DNA of 64,000 nucleotides from Ylistrum balloti (GCF_031769215.1 NW_026782082.1:1550001-1614000); one strand, 5' to 3'. Shown: positions 51,796-64,000, counted from the first letter of the stretch. Numbers and translations: made by a program. Notes: a model not told the origin generated them from the sequence alone.

Positions 51796-51835
51796 AAGCA
51801 GAATTGACAGTTTTAATACACAAACAGTAAAAGTT

Positions 51836-51927
51836 CTATGTCTCTTCATCATCACTATCAATCAGATCGTCGCCCACTAAAGCTTCCATCTCTGCTTCAT
51901 CATCCTCATCATCAGTCTTTTTCTTGG
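51836..51927 (-). CDS. MRTO4: MRTO4 terminal exon (KKKTDDEDDEAEMEALVGDDLIDSDDEET-stop)
   Basis: tattttcag| acceptor in phase 1; acidic tail typical of Mrt4; TAG at 51838-51836. Confidence 0.85.
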
Positions 51928-52942
51928 CTGAAAATATACAAACATAGTACATGAAATATGTTTTACCTTCATCTGAATAATTTTAAAATTACTTTTTCAT
52001 CGTTTCATTGTCCTATCTATGTAATCATATAAAATTTCCTCAATTTTTTCTGAAAAAAATATATATATACATCAAAATTATCAATTTCAAAAGCTGGTTA
52101 TTCAAGCTGAAAACTGTCTAGAATGCACCAGAGAGCTTCTAGGTTACAAGAGGAGAGACAGCCCGGGACCCCCTATTTCGCAGAAAACCCAGGGCCACTG
52201 CAATGACAGAAGGGCCAGTAAATCTTCTGAAGAGGTGGCCCAAAGTAATTTTCTTATTTCTACCCCTGACCTAGTGAGGATTATAAATTCTATGTTGTAT
52301 TTGTCAGTATTGACACAAATGAAAAAGAACCAATGAACAAATCCTGTAAAAATTGTATTCTAGGGATGAAGTTTTCATAGTTTTACCATCCTAATTTTTC
52401 ACTGAAACCATGAAATGGAGTACAATTTTCTTTGTTATCACTTTAATTTTTTTTTCTTTTCTTTTTTCTATTTTATCACATCCTTGGAAAACATAGGAGA
52501 ACTCAAACTTTAATCGTTTAATATAGTGTTATCTTCTGGAATAGATTCCTTATGGTATTTAACAGAGGTCCTCTCTATCAGGTAAACATATAATGCGAAA
52601 TGAAGAATTCTCATCATCCAACATTGTGGACCAAGCTGGACAGTTTCCAGTTTTCTATTCTGTCTCAATGGTATCTTAATCCACGGTTGGGGTTGATTGT
52701 AATAATACAATTTACAATTTTAGTTTCTCGTTGACATTGGAACATTTCTGCCCAATCTTATAGAAATCACTGTAGCAGTTTCCAAGATGTCAATGATGTG
52801 AAAATGTTAACAAATGCCGATCAAGTGACCCAGAAATATGTACAAGTCACAAACTCAATTCATATTGATTAGTTTACTTGTTTTTGAATTTTAAATATCT
52901 CTGATGTTGCATATAAAGCGAGGAGGTAACCGGAGTACTTAC

Positions 52943-53066
52943 GTCTGACAGTGACTTTAGGGGGTATTACTGGTACAGGTCGGTCTGCTAACACTTTCCA
53001 CTTGTCTTTTTCCCACATCCCTTCTAAAGTGATGTGAAACTCTGCCATCATGTGACCAAATAATTT
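52943..53066 (-). CDS. MRTO4: MRTO4 exon (KLFGHMMAEFHITLEGMWEKDKWKVLADRPVPVIPPKVTVR)
   Basis: Matches the Mrt4 motif KLFG..MAEF; phase 0 to 1; |gtaagt donor. Confidence 0.93.
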
Positions 53067-54789
53067 CTAGAAAAACAAATCAAAGAAAACATGCATATGA
53101 AGTATTGTGGAAGCACATATAAATAAATATTCAAAATATGAATTTTTTAAAAATAGTAACCTTGACCTTGTCCCAACCACCTTAAAAACTTGAACATTTC
53201 AAAGGTAAATTGCTGCTTAATAATTGTGTGATTAAAGGAATAAAGCTGCTGAAGCACTGACGAACTTTCACAGGTACAGGGGATGGACAGATAGAACGAG
53301 GGGAATACTGTGGTCCCCTTCCCTAGGTTTCACCACTAGGGTACTTACAATACCAAAGGACTTTGTAATAATCATAAAGGACTTGTGTTCCTGCATGTAG
53401 TTAGAGCAGGTAAATCTCACATGCTACCGAGTGTTTGAATTTTCTGCCTTATCCAACGATGTGAGGTAATAAAGAAGAGCGTAACAAAGAATTCTCAATT
53501 CTTGGAGTAAGATTTGTGAATATCCAAACTTCAGAGAGGACTCTGATTAAAATTCCTTTGATACTTCATGGTAAATAGGTGCCAGACTATGAAGCCAACT
53601 TACTTGTAATCACTTGAATTTTATTGTTATCTGTATTAGATAAGAAAATGAGGAGTCATTTGAGGCTTCATTCTGTTAATGCACTTATAGCACTGTGACA
53701 AACACACACTTCTATTTGTGAACAAAATTATCTTCAATGAGTAAGAGTGATGTACAGGGGAGGTAATAAATGAATGGAACATAGTAAGGATTATCTCCCT
53801 TATCTAATTATAGTAGATAAATACATTCTCCCACTGTTTGATGTACTCGGTCTATACCTCAGACTTAGGATCATATTACAGCTATATCAACAGTAAATCA
53901 GTGCTGAAAATTTTTCTATTTTACACAGACTTTACTGAAAATATGTTTCACTACAGCAAAACACAGATAAATCAAAGTTGACTGGACCAAATGAAATATC
54001 TGACTTATCAGATTGGTTCACCTTATCCATGAATGGAGACATTTTGCATTGAAGATTGACCCGGCTATTTACACATTACTTAGTGAATTCAATAACTAAA
54101 GAAAATAAAAATCAATAAATACATACTCATGAACATTCTACATTGATATAACATCGATAGCACTGAGGTGGATTACAAAAACGTGAAGGCAGTGGCAACA
54201 CCACTGTTGTATAACTAAAAATTTACACTCACAGCACCAAAAGAGTTAAACCAAAAAATAAAATAAAATCACTTTGTTTTAGTACATGTATATCTAGTAA
54301 ATGTATTTAAAATCATGAACAGATGTGTCAATGACAAACTAGTATTGTTTATCAATCTGCAACAGTGTATTTTAAGTTTAATTGCCTAATTCTGTATAAA
54401 TTCTAACTTTCCCCTGTGCTCCTGTCTAGACGCAGGTATTAATGTTCGATCGAAATTACAAAAGGGTACATCAACACAGATACAGCTGACCGAGCACACT
54501 CAGTCATTTGGAACGAAGCCAGAAAATTTACACCCAAGATAGGGTGACGCTTGAATGTTCTACATCATTACTATTAATCCACAACAAATATTATTGAAAT
54601 TTTTCAGTATCTTCTAAATTTTTGAACTGGGTGAATTGTCCAATACTGAGATTGCATATTTTGGACATGTAAACCTTGCTCATCATAATTACCGGGTATT
54701 ACAAGATTATATTTTATTGTTTTTGAAGTATTTTAGTTTGTTTTAATAATTCTATTAGAAATGAGAAAGTTATTGGTGGGTGTAAATAC

Positions 54790-57700
54790 CTGAAAGAGTT
54801 TAAGATCTATGCAATTGGATACCACAGTGCAGCATGTTTAGATAGAGCAGATCTGTTCTCCTGGTAATTCGACCAGTGAGTCCTGCTATTGATCAAGATT
54901 GTTTGAAGGCTCTGCAGAGGATTAATTGGCCCAAAATACGTCGCACAAGGCGAGGGACTAAGGCAGGCAGAGGGGCTGTCAGACAAATATCGTGTGTTAC
55001 AGGCCACCGCTTTACGTCTGACGAAACCAAGGCCGCAGACCACAATGGTTTCAAATGCCGATAATCTCATCCAGCTGATCACCACAATTGGCCTGTCTGC
55101 CTCACAGACACTTTCGCTTGGACATGCTGCACCAGCTTATGTATCAGCCATTGAAACACTGGTACAGTCTAGAAATGATACATCAGTGTGCAATACAAAA
55201 CCACCTGTATTGCACACGAACCTGCATGGCATCATTAGGCCAATGACGGTCACCCATTCAAAATCGGTTGTTCCACTGAATCTAATGTCCCTGAACTGTC
55301 GCGCAGTAAAGAATCAGGCACTCTCTATCAGTGATTTCTCAGGACATTGATATTTGGCATTAATGGAGACCTGGAACAAACATTGATAGCCAGGTGTTAG
55401 CGGAGCTTGTTCCACCAGGATATGACATACAAAATTCCCGCCAGGAGAAACGTGGGGGTGGTGTGGGGGCGCTAATTAAGAAAAATCTGAATGTTAGACA
55501 ACTTGCTTCTAGTCATGATGATGTCTTCACCCACTTTGAGCACCTCAGTTGCTCAAATTCGTGCTGGTGATGTACAAATCAGATTGTGTATAATATCCAG
55601 GCTCCCTCCATCTAAACGAAACGTTTCAGAAATGCTGTGTTTTTGGAAGAGTGGTAAAACAATCAGGCCCCACTTGTATAAAACATCTCAACTTGACATT
55701 TCCTCAAGTCGAGATTTTCCTCAGCTGATATCTCCTTGAAAATATCTTATATGAAAATTCCTCAAGGAATTTCAGGACATCCTAGCCAATGACTTCCTCC
55801 TGTTCCTTGAGAAAATTTTATACAAGCCGTTTTTGAGGAGATATCAGCTGAGGAAAATCTCGACTTGAGGAAATCTCAAGTTGAGATGTTTTATACAAGA
55901 GGGGACAGGACCATTAGGTTGTATTACCACAATAGATCATTATAACAGGTGATCTCAATTCCATCTAGACGACCCAATGAACGCTGATTCTCATCAGTTC
56001 TCTGAGCTACAAGACGCTCGTGGTTTAGTGCAACATGTGACTAAAGCTACACATGTCCATGGCCATACACTCGATGTGGTCATCACAAGAGAAAATAGCT
56101 TGATCATTTATGGAGAACCATCTGTCTTAGACCTGTGCCTTAGGGGAACCCATCTGGTGATCACACTCAGTTGTGGTAAACCAGGTCGTATTAGAAAGGA
56201 GGTCAGTTTCTGAAGATATCGTGAAATTTCTGTACCAGATTTCATTAGAGACATTGAATCCTCTCACACACTACAGTCAACTGCTGGTGGGGTAGACGAT
56301 CTTGTCGAAGCATTCAATTTTGGTATAAATGACCTGACAGACAAACTAGCACCGCTGCAGACCAAGGTGATTACTGAAAGACCAAATGCTCCCTGGTATA
56401 CAGAGGAATTGCGCAAGGCAAAACAGAAGCGAGGAAAAGCAGACAGACAATGGCGCAGAACGAAACTGAATCCACCAACAGATCTACAAGGATCAATGTC
56501 GGTTAGTCAGGTTGCTGCTTGTTCAAGCAAAGAAGAAATACTATCCAGATAAGATAGCAGAATGTGGTACCGACCATAAGCAACTTTTCAGGCTCACCAA
56601 AAACCTTATGGGCCAGAATGGCGATACAATCCTACCAAACTGTTCATCTGAAAATATCTTATCTAACAAGTTCAGTAATTATTTCTTGAAAATCATGACT
56701 ATCAGAACGAACACTGGTACTGTGAACAGTCTAGTAAACAGTGATAACCTTGTAATGACAGCTGATATACCATCTGATGGCGAAGCATTGACACAGCTCA
56801 CACCAACAACTGAGGACGAGGTGCGCAAGATTATTACCAACTCGCCATCTAAGTCCTGTGAGCTGGATCCGCTTCCCACATGTCTACTGAAGCAATGTCT
56901 TGAAGCATTGCTTCCGTTGATTACGTCGATAATAAACAAATCATTGGCCGAGTCAAAGGTACCATTGTGGAACAAGAAGGCTAATGTCAAACCATTAATT
57001 AAGAGGTCTAGGCTGAACAAGGAGGAATTAAATAACCACCGTTCCGTATCAAATCTTCCATTCTTATCTAAGATACTAGAGGAGATTGTTTCCAAGCGTT
57101 TAGAGCTGCATCTGCAGGCAAACAGTCTGCACAACAACCTGCAGTCAGCCTACCTCACATGACACTCCAGTGAAACAGCAATCCTTCGCGTACACAACGA
57201 CATTGTTGCAGCCTTAGATAACAAGTGCAGAGCAGTCCTTGTCATGCTGGGCCTACTCTTTTGGAGTCACTGTGGATGCTTTACCCTGGATCCAGTCCTA
57301 TCTGAGTGACAGATGACAGTGTGTGGCCATAGGATCAGCCACATCTGATGATAAAATCTTTGGATTGGGTGTTCCACAAGGGTCAGTGCTTGGATGTTGC
57401 AAGTACTGTCTATACTTGAAACCAATTGGTGAGATCAGTCGTCACCATAACCTGCTTTACCATTGTTATGTAGACGACACAAGATCTATATGGTTATCAG
57501 ACCCCAACATACCTGGGATACCATCACTCATAACATGGAGGCCTGCCTGGTAGACATCAGTGCCTGGATAAACACCAATACGCTTAAGCTTAACCAGGAT
57601 AAGATGAAACTCATTGTTATTGCACCAAAGCATCAACACACACATGATATCCAGCTTAAGAGTTGGTACAAAAACCATTAAGGCAGCTCCTGTTGTTAAA

Positions 57701-58510
57701 AACATGGGCGTACACTATGACAGTTCAATGACCACGGAAAAGCAGGTGAATGCTATTGCAAAAAGCTGTAACTACCAACTTCGGAATATTGGACGTATTC
57801 GGCAGTTCATCACTATGGATGCATACAAGACACTGTTACATTAACTTGTGACTTCTAACCTGGACTATGGGAACGCCCTTTTATATGGAATCTCTGACTC
57901 GGCAACTAGGCGTCTGCAGAAAGTCCAGAACACTGCTGCGCGTCTGTTTTCCAGTACTAGAAAACGTGAGCACATTACACCCATGCTACATTCCCTACAT
58001 TGGTTACCTGTGCATCATAGATCACAGTACAAGATTCTGATTCACACCTACAAAGCACTCGATGGAACAGCTCCTGGAAATCGTCACTCCCCACCAGCCT
58101 TCACGTTCATTACGATTAGAGGCTGAGTCCCTGTTATGTGTGCCTGAGTCGCGTACTGTGACTTATGGTGACCGATGTTTTGGAAAGGTTGCTGCCACAA
58201 TGTGGAATAACCAAACATCACAAACCAGGAAATCAACAACACTCGCCACTTTCAAAAAGGGTATTAAGACCCATCTGTTCAGGTGTGCTTTTTCTTAGAC
58301 TAGTAATTTTTGCTACAGGTACATACATGTGGTGTTTTTCTGGTGATCATGTGGACACAATGATCAGCATATCATACATATATGTAGATGTATAATGTAT
58401 TATTGATACCATGACTAAATTTTACATGCACTGTAAAGTGCTTTAGAGTAATTTGTGAAATTATATAGGGCACTATATAAATGTTGTATATTATTATTAG
58501 TATTATTAAG
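54790..58510 (+). mobile_element. Near full-length but decayed L2/CR1-group non-LTR retrotransposon (APE endonuclease plus RT), antisense in an MRTO4 intron
   Basis: APE motifs LNCRAVKN and IIITGDLN; RT motifs KSCELDPLPT.LLK, NLPFLSKILE.IV, GVPQGSVLG and CYVDDT; L2-type C-terminus LQKVQNTAARL...HITPMLHSLHWLPV; (TAT)n-like tail near 58490. There are several frameshifts and stops, and the DLSAAFDT segment is deleted near 57250. Boundaries are approximate. Confidence 0.92.
55667..55905. mobile_element. Second copy of the 239-bp palindromic MITE, in inverted orientation, inserted into the LINE endonuclease region
   Basis: Same TIRs; CAG duplication at 55664-55666 and 55906-55908; its interior is the reverse complement of the 46047 copy. 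Confidence 0.9.
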
Positions 58511-58870
58511 GGATGGACTACAAAATTTTATTCGACTCAACAGTGTTCCAATTATCCAGGTTTCATTTAAAAAGATAAAGAAGAGAAAAAATTTTAACAG
58601 AAAAATCGTTCAACTTATCCGATGTCTTTGATTCAAGCGTGTTCGACACAAACGAGTCTTACTGTATTTCTAAAATGAGCTTTACTTTTCAACAGTCAGC
58701 TAAAAAACACTGAGAAAGCTGTCTCGTACTAAAAGAGCACATACACAAGCTAAATTGATCACAAGAATATCACAAGTGTGAAGGGATGAAAGGAACACTA
58801 TCAGGATTGTGTGACAAATGTAGTGAATTTTTTTAACTTATTGAGAATTGAACTAATCTGGTGAACTTAC

Positions 58871-58947
58871 CAATATTCTAGCTTGTTCTGGTGTCAATAC
58901 ATCGTCTTTATCACAGACTTTGTGTTCACGCAGAAGTGTGACAGTAC
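58871..58947 (-). CDS. MRTO4: MRTO4 exon (TVTLLREHKVCDKDDVLTPEQARIL)
   Basis: Mrt4/P0-like motif VC...DVLTPEQARIL; 77 nt, phase 1 to 0. Confidence 0.95.
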
Positions 58948-59896
58948 CTGTCAAAAAACAGCCAAGCTACAGTACAACTGATATAAAACAGAACAGACTG
59001 CAATACTAAATTTTATTTCTTGACGATATATTTTTGTGAAAATCACACTGTGTAATGGGTCGCATTAAAGTTCAGAATTCCTCAAATGTGTATTTTTGTA
59101 AAATTTGATGACAAGTTTTTTTGTCATGTCTTAATATTGGAACACAAAATATCGATGAATTACTTGGAAATTAAGACATTTCTGGATATAAAATAATGAT
59201 ACCTCTCTAAATAAACAAGAGACCAGAGAAGTAAAATTCACATTTGGGAAAGTGTGTTTCCACCGTCCAAGTTATCATTTAATCTTGATTTTTATTGAGT
59301 CCGATTACATAGTCCATCAAGTCAAGTTCAGTACGAAGGCTTTACTACCCTACATATGTCCTGTATTACAAACAGAAGTCAGCTCATTACAACTGACTCC
59401 AAGGCAAGTGCTGGGTTTCTTAACAGGACAATGGAATAGATTTAGTTGGAATTTTACAAACCAGTTGACAAGATGGGCATACTAGAGGTTTTCATTTTTG
59501 CATTTTTAACAAAAGTCACATGCAAATATTGTATTTTTCCAACAGAATTTTTCAAACGAACAATGCTTTTATCAAACTTAAAATGCAAACAACATTTTTT
59601 TCATCGAAATTTTACAAATGAAATATGGTCTCACCAAACGTCAAATGCAGATATATGTATTTCTTTCCAACCAAAATTTTACAAACAAACTATAGTTTTG
59701 CAGTATCAAATGCAAACCACATAATTTTTTACCCAAATTCTTCAAACGATCAATGGTTTTACCCCTAATTTTTGTTCTAAAGTTATTAATTTTTTACAAT
59801 ATGATTCTATACTCTATTACAGTGAACAATTCAAACCCTTGAAAATTAACAAACTGTACAGTAATACCAGGCATAATTGACTGATAAATACGGTAC

Positions 59897-60048
59897 CTCT
59901 CTGAAGACTTGTTGGCAGACCCAGCTGCCGTAACTGAGGCTCCATAGAGTGGGAAAACTCTGGCATTGGTCCCTGTTCTAGGAACACAGTCTGTGTCGCA
60001 ACATTTCCTGATCTAGCGTAGTCTGCTTGTCGGTAATTGTCAAAATAA
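59897..60048 (-). CDS. MRTO4: MRTO4 exon ([21 protein letters not shown]...[21 protein letters not shown])
   Basis: DYARSG and [14 protein letters not shown] signatures; 152 nt. Confidence 0.97.
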
Positions 60049-61368
60049 CTGTGGAATTAGAGAGAAATGAAGAGTTGGTACTAAATGTAGGAAAGGTAAC
60101 AACAACCAATAAAACAGCATACAACATGAATACATTGGTTAAATAACACTGACAGGTAGGTACAATTTACCCTTGGATTTATGCTTAAATGTGACAACAT
60201 AATATTGACATGATTTCAGCATGTTGACAGCCATGTAGTAGGAGTTGTCATTTTTCATTCCAAGGGCTAGTTGATGAAGAACAGCAACACTGAAACAGAT
60301 TAAACCTGGAACCTTTTTTTGAACCCCGCCCAACTTATCCAAGAACAGCCAGGGTCATCTTGGGGAGTGATCCCCTCGTTGCAGCTAGTGGCTACCTCAC
60401 TGAACAACATACAAGAGAGGAATCATCTAGAACAAATAGATTAAAGTGCCCAAAGGACACAACAATGTCAGCAAAGACTTGTCCGTTTCTCAGCATTCAA
60501 AGAAATACAAACTAGACATCTGACACTGACGATTCCTTTACATGTTCACAGTTTACTGAGAAGGTGCTATAACCTATGTTTGGCGCTTGTACAGTATTTA
60601 GAGCCCCGCACCCCTTATTAAAAAAAGTCAAATAAATGGTCTTTAACTAGTTAAGTTTAAAGTCACTTTGATTACTTTTGAAACAGTTTTTCTAAAAATC
60701 TGCCAAAAATTCAAGTTTTCACCTCAAATTCAGGTCATAACTTCTAAAATAAATGGAGCTAAACATGGTTTCTTATAAACTTTGTTATGGAAGCCAACAT
60801 CAAAATAAGTAATTTTGTGCCACTTTGATGATGAAGTGACAAAAAACCAAACTTACACAAGTATATAATAAATAGTAAAATTGAATTTTTGAAATAAAAA
60901 TTTAGAAATTCGTGGAGTAGATGGAAAAACCTATTTAACTTGATATCTAAGCATTTTCACCTAGTTGTCCTAGACATTCCTCAGGTAAAGCAGCATCTTC
61001 AATCCTCTTCTTCTCGTTACCCTAGTCGTCTCCCCTTTCCTCTAGGGTAGCAATGTCTAGTATTTTTCTATTATTTTGTCTTCACTATCATTTCTCTACA
61101 TATTAGATTCTGTGATATACAAGTATGTAAATGATGTATATTTTTGCATAATTTACTATACTGAATGTGTTTATTGTGTGTATACATATATTTATGTGTG
61201 TATGTATGTATCAAATGTGTGTGGTATGTTTACATGTGAATCACTATAAATGTGTAAAATCACAAAATGGTAGATACTGTGAATTAATTTGTTTTGTATG
61301 TTTTAATGTGACTCCAAATTTAAAACTTGAAAAAAAAAATTGTCCCAAACGAATAAACCAAGACTTAC

Positions 61369-61518
61369 TCTAAGACTTCATCTTTGGGCTTGTTTGTAAA
61401 GAGTAAGCCTGTCTGTCCATGTAGCTGACTGCTAAGCTTGTGTAAGTTATCTTTACATTCATCTTCCGGGGTCCTACCCAGGGCAAGGGACATAACTTTG
61501 TTTTTGCCAAAGAAAAAC
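61369..61518 (-). CDS. MRTO4: MRTO4 exon ([38 protein letters not shown]); earlier exons not found in the window
   Basis: [11 protein letters not shown] and GLLFTN signatures; 150 nt, phase 2-2. Confidence 0.97.
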
Positions 61519-63160
61519 CTGAAAATAAAGCATGTCAAGTAAAAGAGAACTCACTACTGACCAAATGATGGTAAAAGGCATTGTATCATAATTATAGATT
61601 TTCATAAATTTAAGTTTAGAGAAGAGAAAGGGAGAAATTATATTTGTACAGGGACAGAAGAGTTTTACTTAAAGACACTTAATCCATGAAGAGTATTTGA
61701 TTCTACTATATTCTGGGTATTGAGAAGAAGATTTTTGAAATTTGGGTCAATCTGACCCTTTTTGGCCCCTGGTGAATGGGACATTATCGTTATAGTTCTA
61801 GTTTACACTTTCCCATGGAAGGTTTCTCAATTGTTTCACTGAAATTGGTTTTTAGGGTTTTTCAGAAGAAGTCGAAAATAAAGTTATTGTACTGGGAGCT
61901 CTTATAGATGTTTTGCATGGTGTAGTGAAATAAAGGCGTAAATCAAGTAATTATTAGAATATAAATTTGTGAAGTGTAAAAATAGTCCATCCTCCAAGTG
62001 GAAATTACCAGGAAAAGGTATTTTCTATATATCACATGTATCATCATGACAGATGACACTGTAAACTTGCATTTATGACAAAATTTGTGTGAGACTAAAA
62101 TTTCAGAAATAGGCCTTGAGCTTAAACCTATGATGCTCTTGCTTGCTCAGGAAGGTAGGTAGGTCTAAATGAAAATATAAAAGTAATTAAAATGTTGAAA
62201 CATTGGTTGATTTAAGCTATCACAAAAAATCACAGTGACTAGGGTATGTTCAAGATGAACAAGTTCAGAGACAGATGATGTGTTATGCCAATGCCAGGTG
62301 AGCTAAACAATAGATCATTAACAGATATTTGCAACAATTGTGCAATTTTTCTTTTCTTCAAAAGAGGTCTCAAAATCAAATACACACATCTTGGGATCAA
62401 AGGAAAATGTGTAACACACAGAAACTTGATCATTATATATCCAGTAATTCTCAATGCAAGAAATTTAAAAGAAATACTGGGTAAAACAAATCATAGCAAA
62501 TGCTGTCTGTTAGCCAGTATTTACAAAATAGTGCATTCCATATCAAAATGATCTTTTACTTAGTCTCAAAATACATAATGTACAACCAGGGACAGACATC
62601 TGAAATGTAAGAATTCCAAACAATTCAAAACTTCTCAAAGAGTTGCAGCTGATTTGAAGATATGATGGACAATATAATAACGAAACAGAAACAGCTGAAA
62701 GTAGTACAGGTTGTATTGCCTCCATCATGGACTTCTCACATCTGTTTTTTTTTCACTGTTGGGACTTACCAACCTAAATTGTAACAATATATATCTTATC
62801 CAAAGGCAATTTATGACAAGTCCTATTCTAAGTCCGTGGTTAAACGCCACCAGTGTGATGGTACAAATTGAATGCTCGAACACCACACTGAAGTATCAAA
62901 TATATACAATGGTGTTGTGATGTAGTTTATGAATTGATATTTGAACCTCTTTTACACAAATTCCACAAAATTACTAACACAATATTACGGTTGATAAATG
63001 AATTATTATTTTTGCACTGATCTGGAATCAGCATGCATACCTATGGAGGAAAATATGGACAAATATTTCGGTTTGTACAGTTAAAATATATCAAATCTGC
63101 TTTTGATGCAATACTTTTCTTTTAAGTAAGATATTTGGCTTGATTGTGTTCAGAATATAA

Positions 63161-63688
63161 AACAAGAGGTCCTAGGGGCCTGCATCGATCACTTTGCTAA
63201 TTTAGCTATTCAGCCATGAAGAAAATGAAGAATTTGATATAACAAACAATTTCTAATATAATTTCCCTATTAGGTCTTACCCTTGTGGTCAGGTTCACTT
63301 TTCATCAAAATTGCTTCAAACAAAAGTTGGACAATATCATTGTATGGAAGGACTTTTTCAAAACTTACCTTTCCCTGACTGGACCCAGTTCACTCCATCC
63401 AAGAACACTTCAGACCAAATTTGGACAATATCCATTTATCATTAATGGAAGAGTAAGCTTATAAAGAACTTGCAAAATTTCCCATTTGGGCTCCATCCCT
63501 AAGGTCCCTGGGAACTGAGAATCAATCCTTACACAAATTTTGTTCCCCTACATCCAAGCAAGAATACTTCCGACCAAATTTGGACGTTATCCATTTATTC
63601 ATATAGGAGGAGTAAGAGTAAGATTTTAAAGAGCTTGTAAAAGTTCCCCATCCAGGCCCTAATCCTAAAGGCCCCTGGGAACTGAGAA
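63161..63688. mobile_element. HINE-like element end with core repeats of about 158 bp, interrupted at 63688
   Basis: aacaagaggtcctaggggcct terminus homologous to the 48891 terminus; two related units around 63409-63522 and 63567-63688. Confidence 0.7.
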
Positions 63689-64000
63689 CAGGGTTAGAGA
63701 AATCCACTCGTCCGCCCGTCTAGATGTAGCATCCTTGTTCACATCACGTGTCAAGACTCGGGCTGATCCAGACTATGCAAAAACCTATTACGTCACCACA
63801 AATGTTGTAAACAAGGTTGTTTTGTGTACGTAGTTACTGTCAAAAAGTCGATGTTCTCGCTCACGTTAACAGTGAATTAAATATGTCAAAACAGGCTAAT
63901 TTGAAGAGCTTTTTTTCGCCAAAATCAGCAAAAGGTGACAAGGCAGACACAACTCAATCAGATTCAAGTAGTTCTGAAACAAATCCAATAAAAAAAATGC
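63689..64000 (+). mobile_element. Probable 5' end of a hAT DNA transposon, with an ORF from 63883 (MSKQANLKSFFSPKS...) running off the window
   Basis: Sequence switches abruptly in mid-repeat to CAGGGTTAGAG...actcgtccgcccg (CAGGG is a hAT-like terminus); 39 open codons reach the window edge. No catalytic domain is visible. Confidence 0.5.

Noticed and set aside
51490-51861. 123-aa ORF with 21-aa repeats
   Set aside because: A product of the 63-bp repeat and out of frame with MRTO4; treated as non-coding.
53421-53545. Protein-like minus-strand stretch (VLSEVWIFTNLTPRIE)
   Set aside because: No donor/acceptor pair fits the MRTO4 frame, there are stops in all frames, and no motif was recognised.
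53602-53628. 27-nt microexon-like segment on the minus strand with good splice sites (NNKIQVIT)
   Set aside because: It is open only in phase 1-1 but sits in a phase-0 MRTO4 intron; the phase-0 reading hits TGA, and the flanking exons already join into the conserved QARIL-KLFG motif.
56679-57137. 152-aa minus-strand ORF
   Set aside because: Antisense shadow of the LINE RT region.

Overview
AT-rich animal genomic DNA with spliceosomal introns. The repeat families look bivalve-mollusc-like, which is an inference. Three intron-containing genes could be assembled by hand from GT-AG junctions and reading phase. (1) The 3' part of a Shaw/Kv3 voltage-gated K+ channel on + : S1-S6 exon 743-1655, then three phase-1 C-terminal exons ending at 18576. 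(2) A complete 14-exon peroxisomal acyl-CoA oxidase ACOX1 on + (34896-46749; 2013 nt CDS, 670 aa, C-terminal PTS1 -AKL). (3) The last five exons of the ribosome assembly factor MRTO4/Mrt4 on - (61518 to 51836), convergent with ACOX1. The rest is intronic or intergenic and contains a decayed L2/CR1-group LINE, two copies of a 239-bp palindromic MITE, Helentron-type (HINE) elements, a Penelope-like RT relic, the 5' end of a probable hAT element, and many minisatellites. The most unusual observations are: a 7 x 30-bp in-frame stutter of the ACOX1 exon-3 end (GTYAQTELGH) that creates a ladder of phase-matched 5' splice sites; an intact-looking minimal type I hammerhead ribozyme (23365-23408, -) with a decayed sister copy in the Kv3 intron; three co-oriented CTCF-like motifs, one inside a coding exon; and a duplicated VNTR-plus-unique module directly upstream of the ACOX1 start codon. 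All coordinates and alignments were read by eye and no database searches were run.
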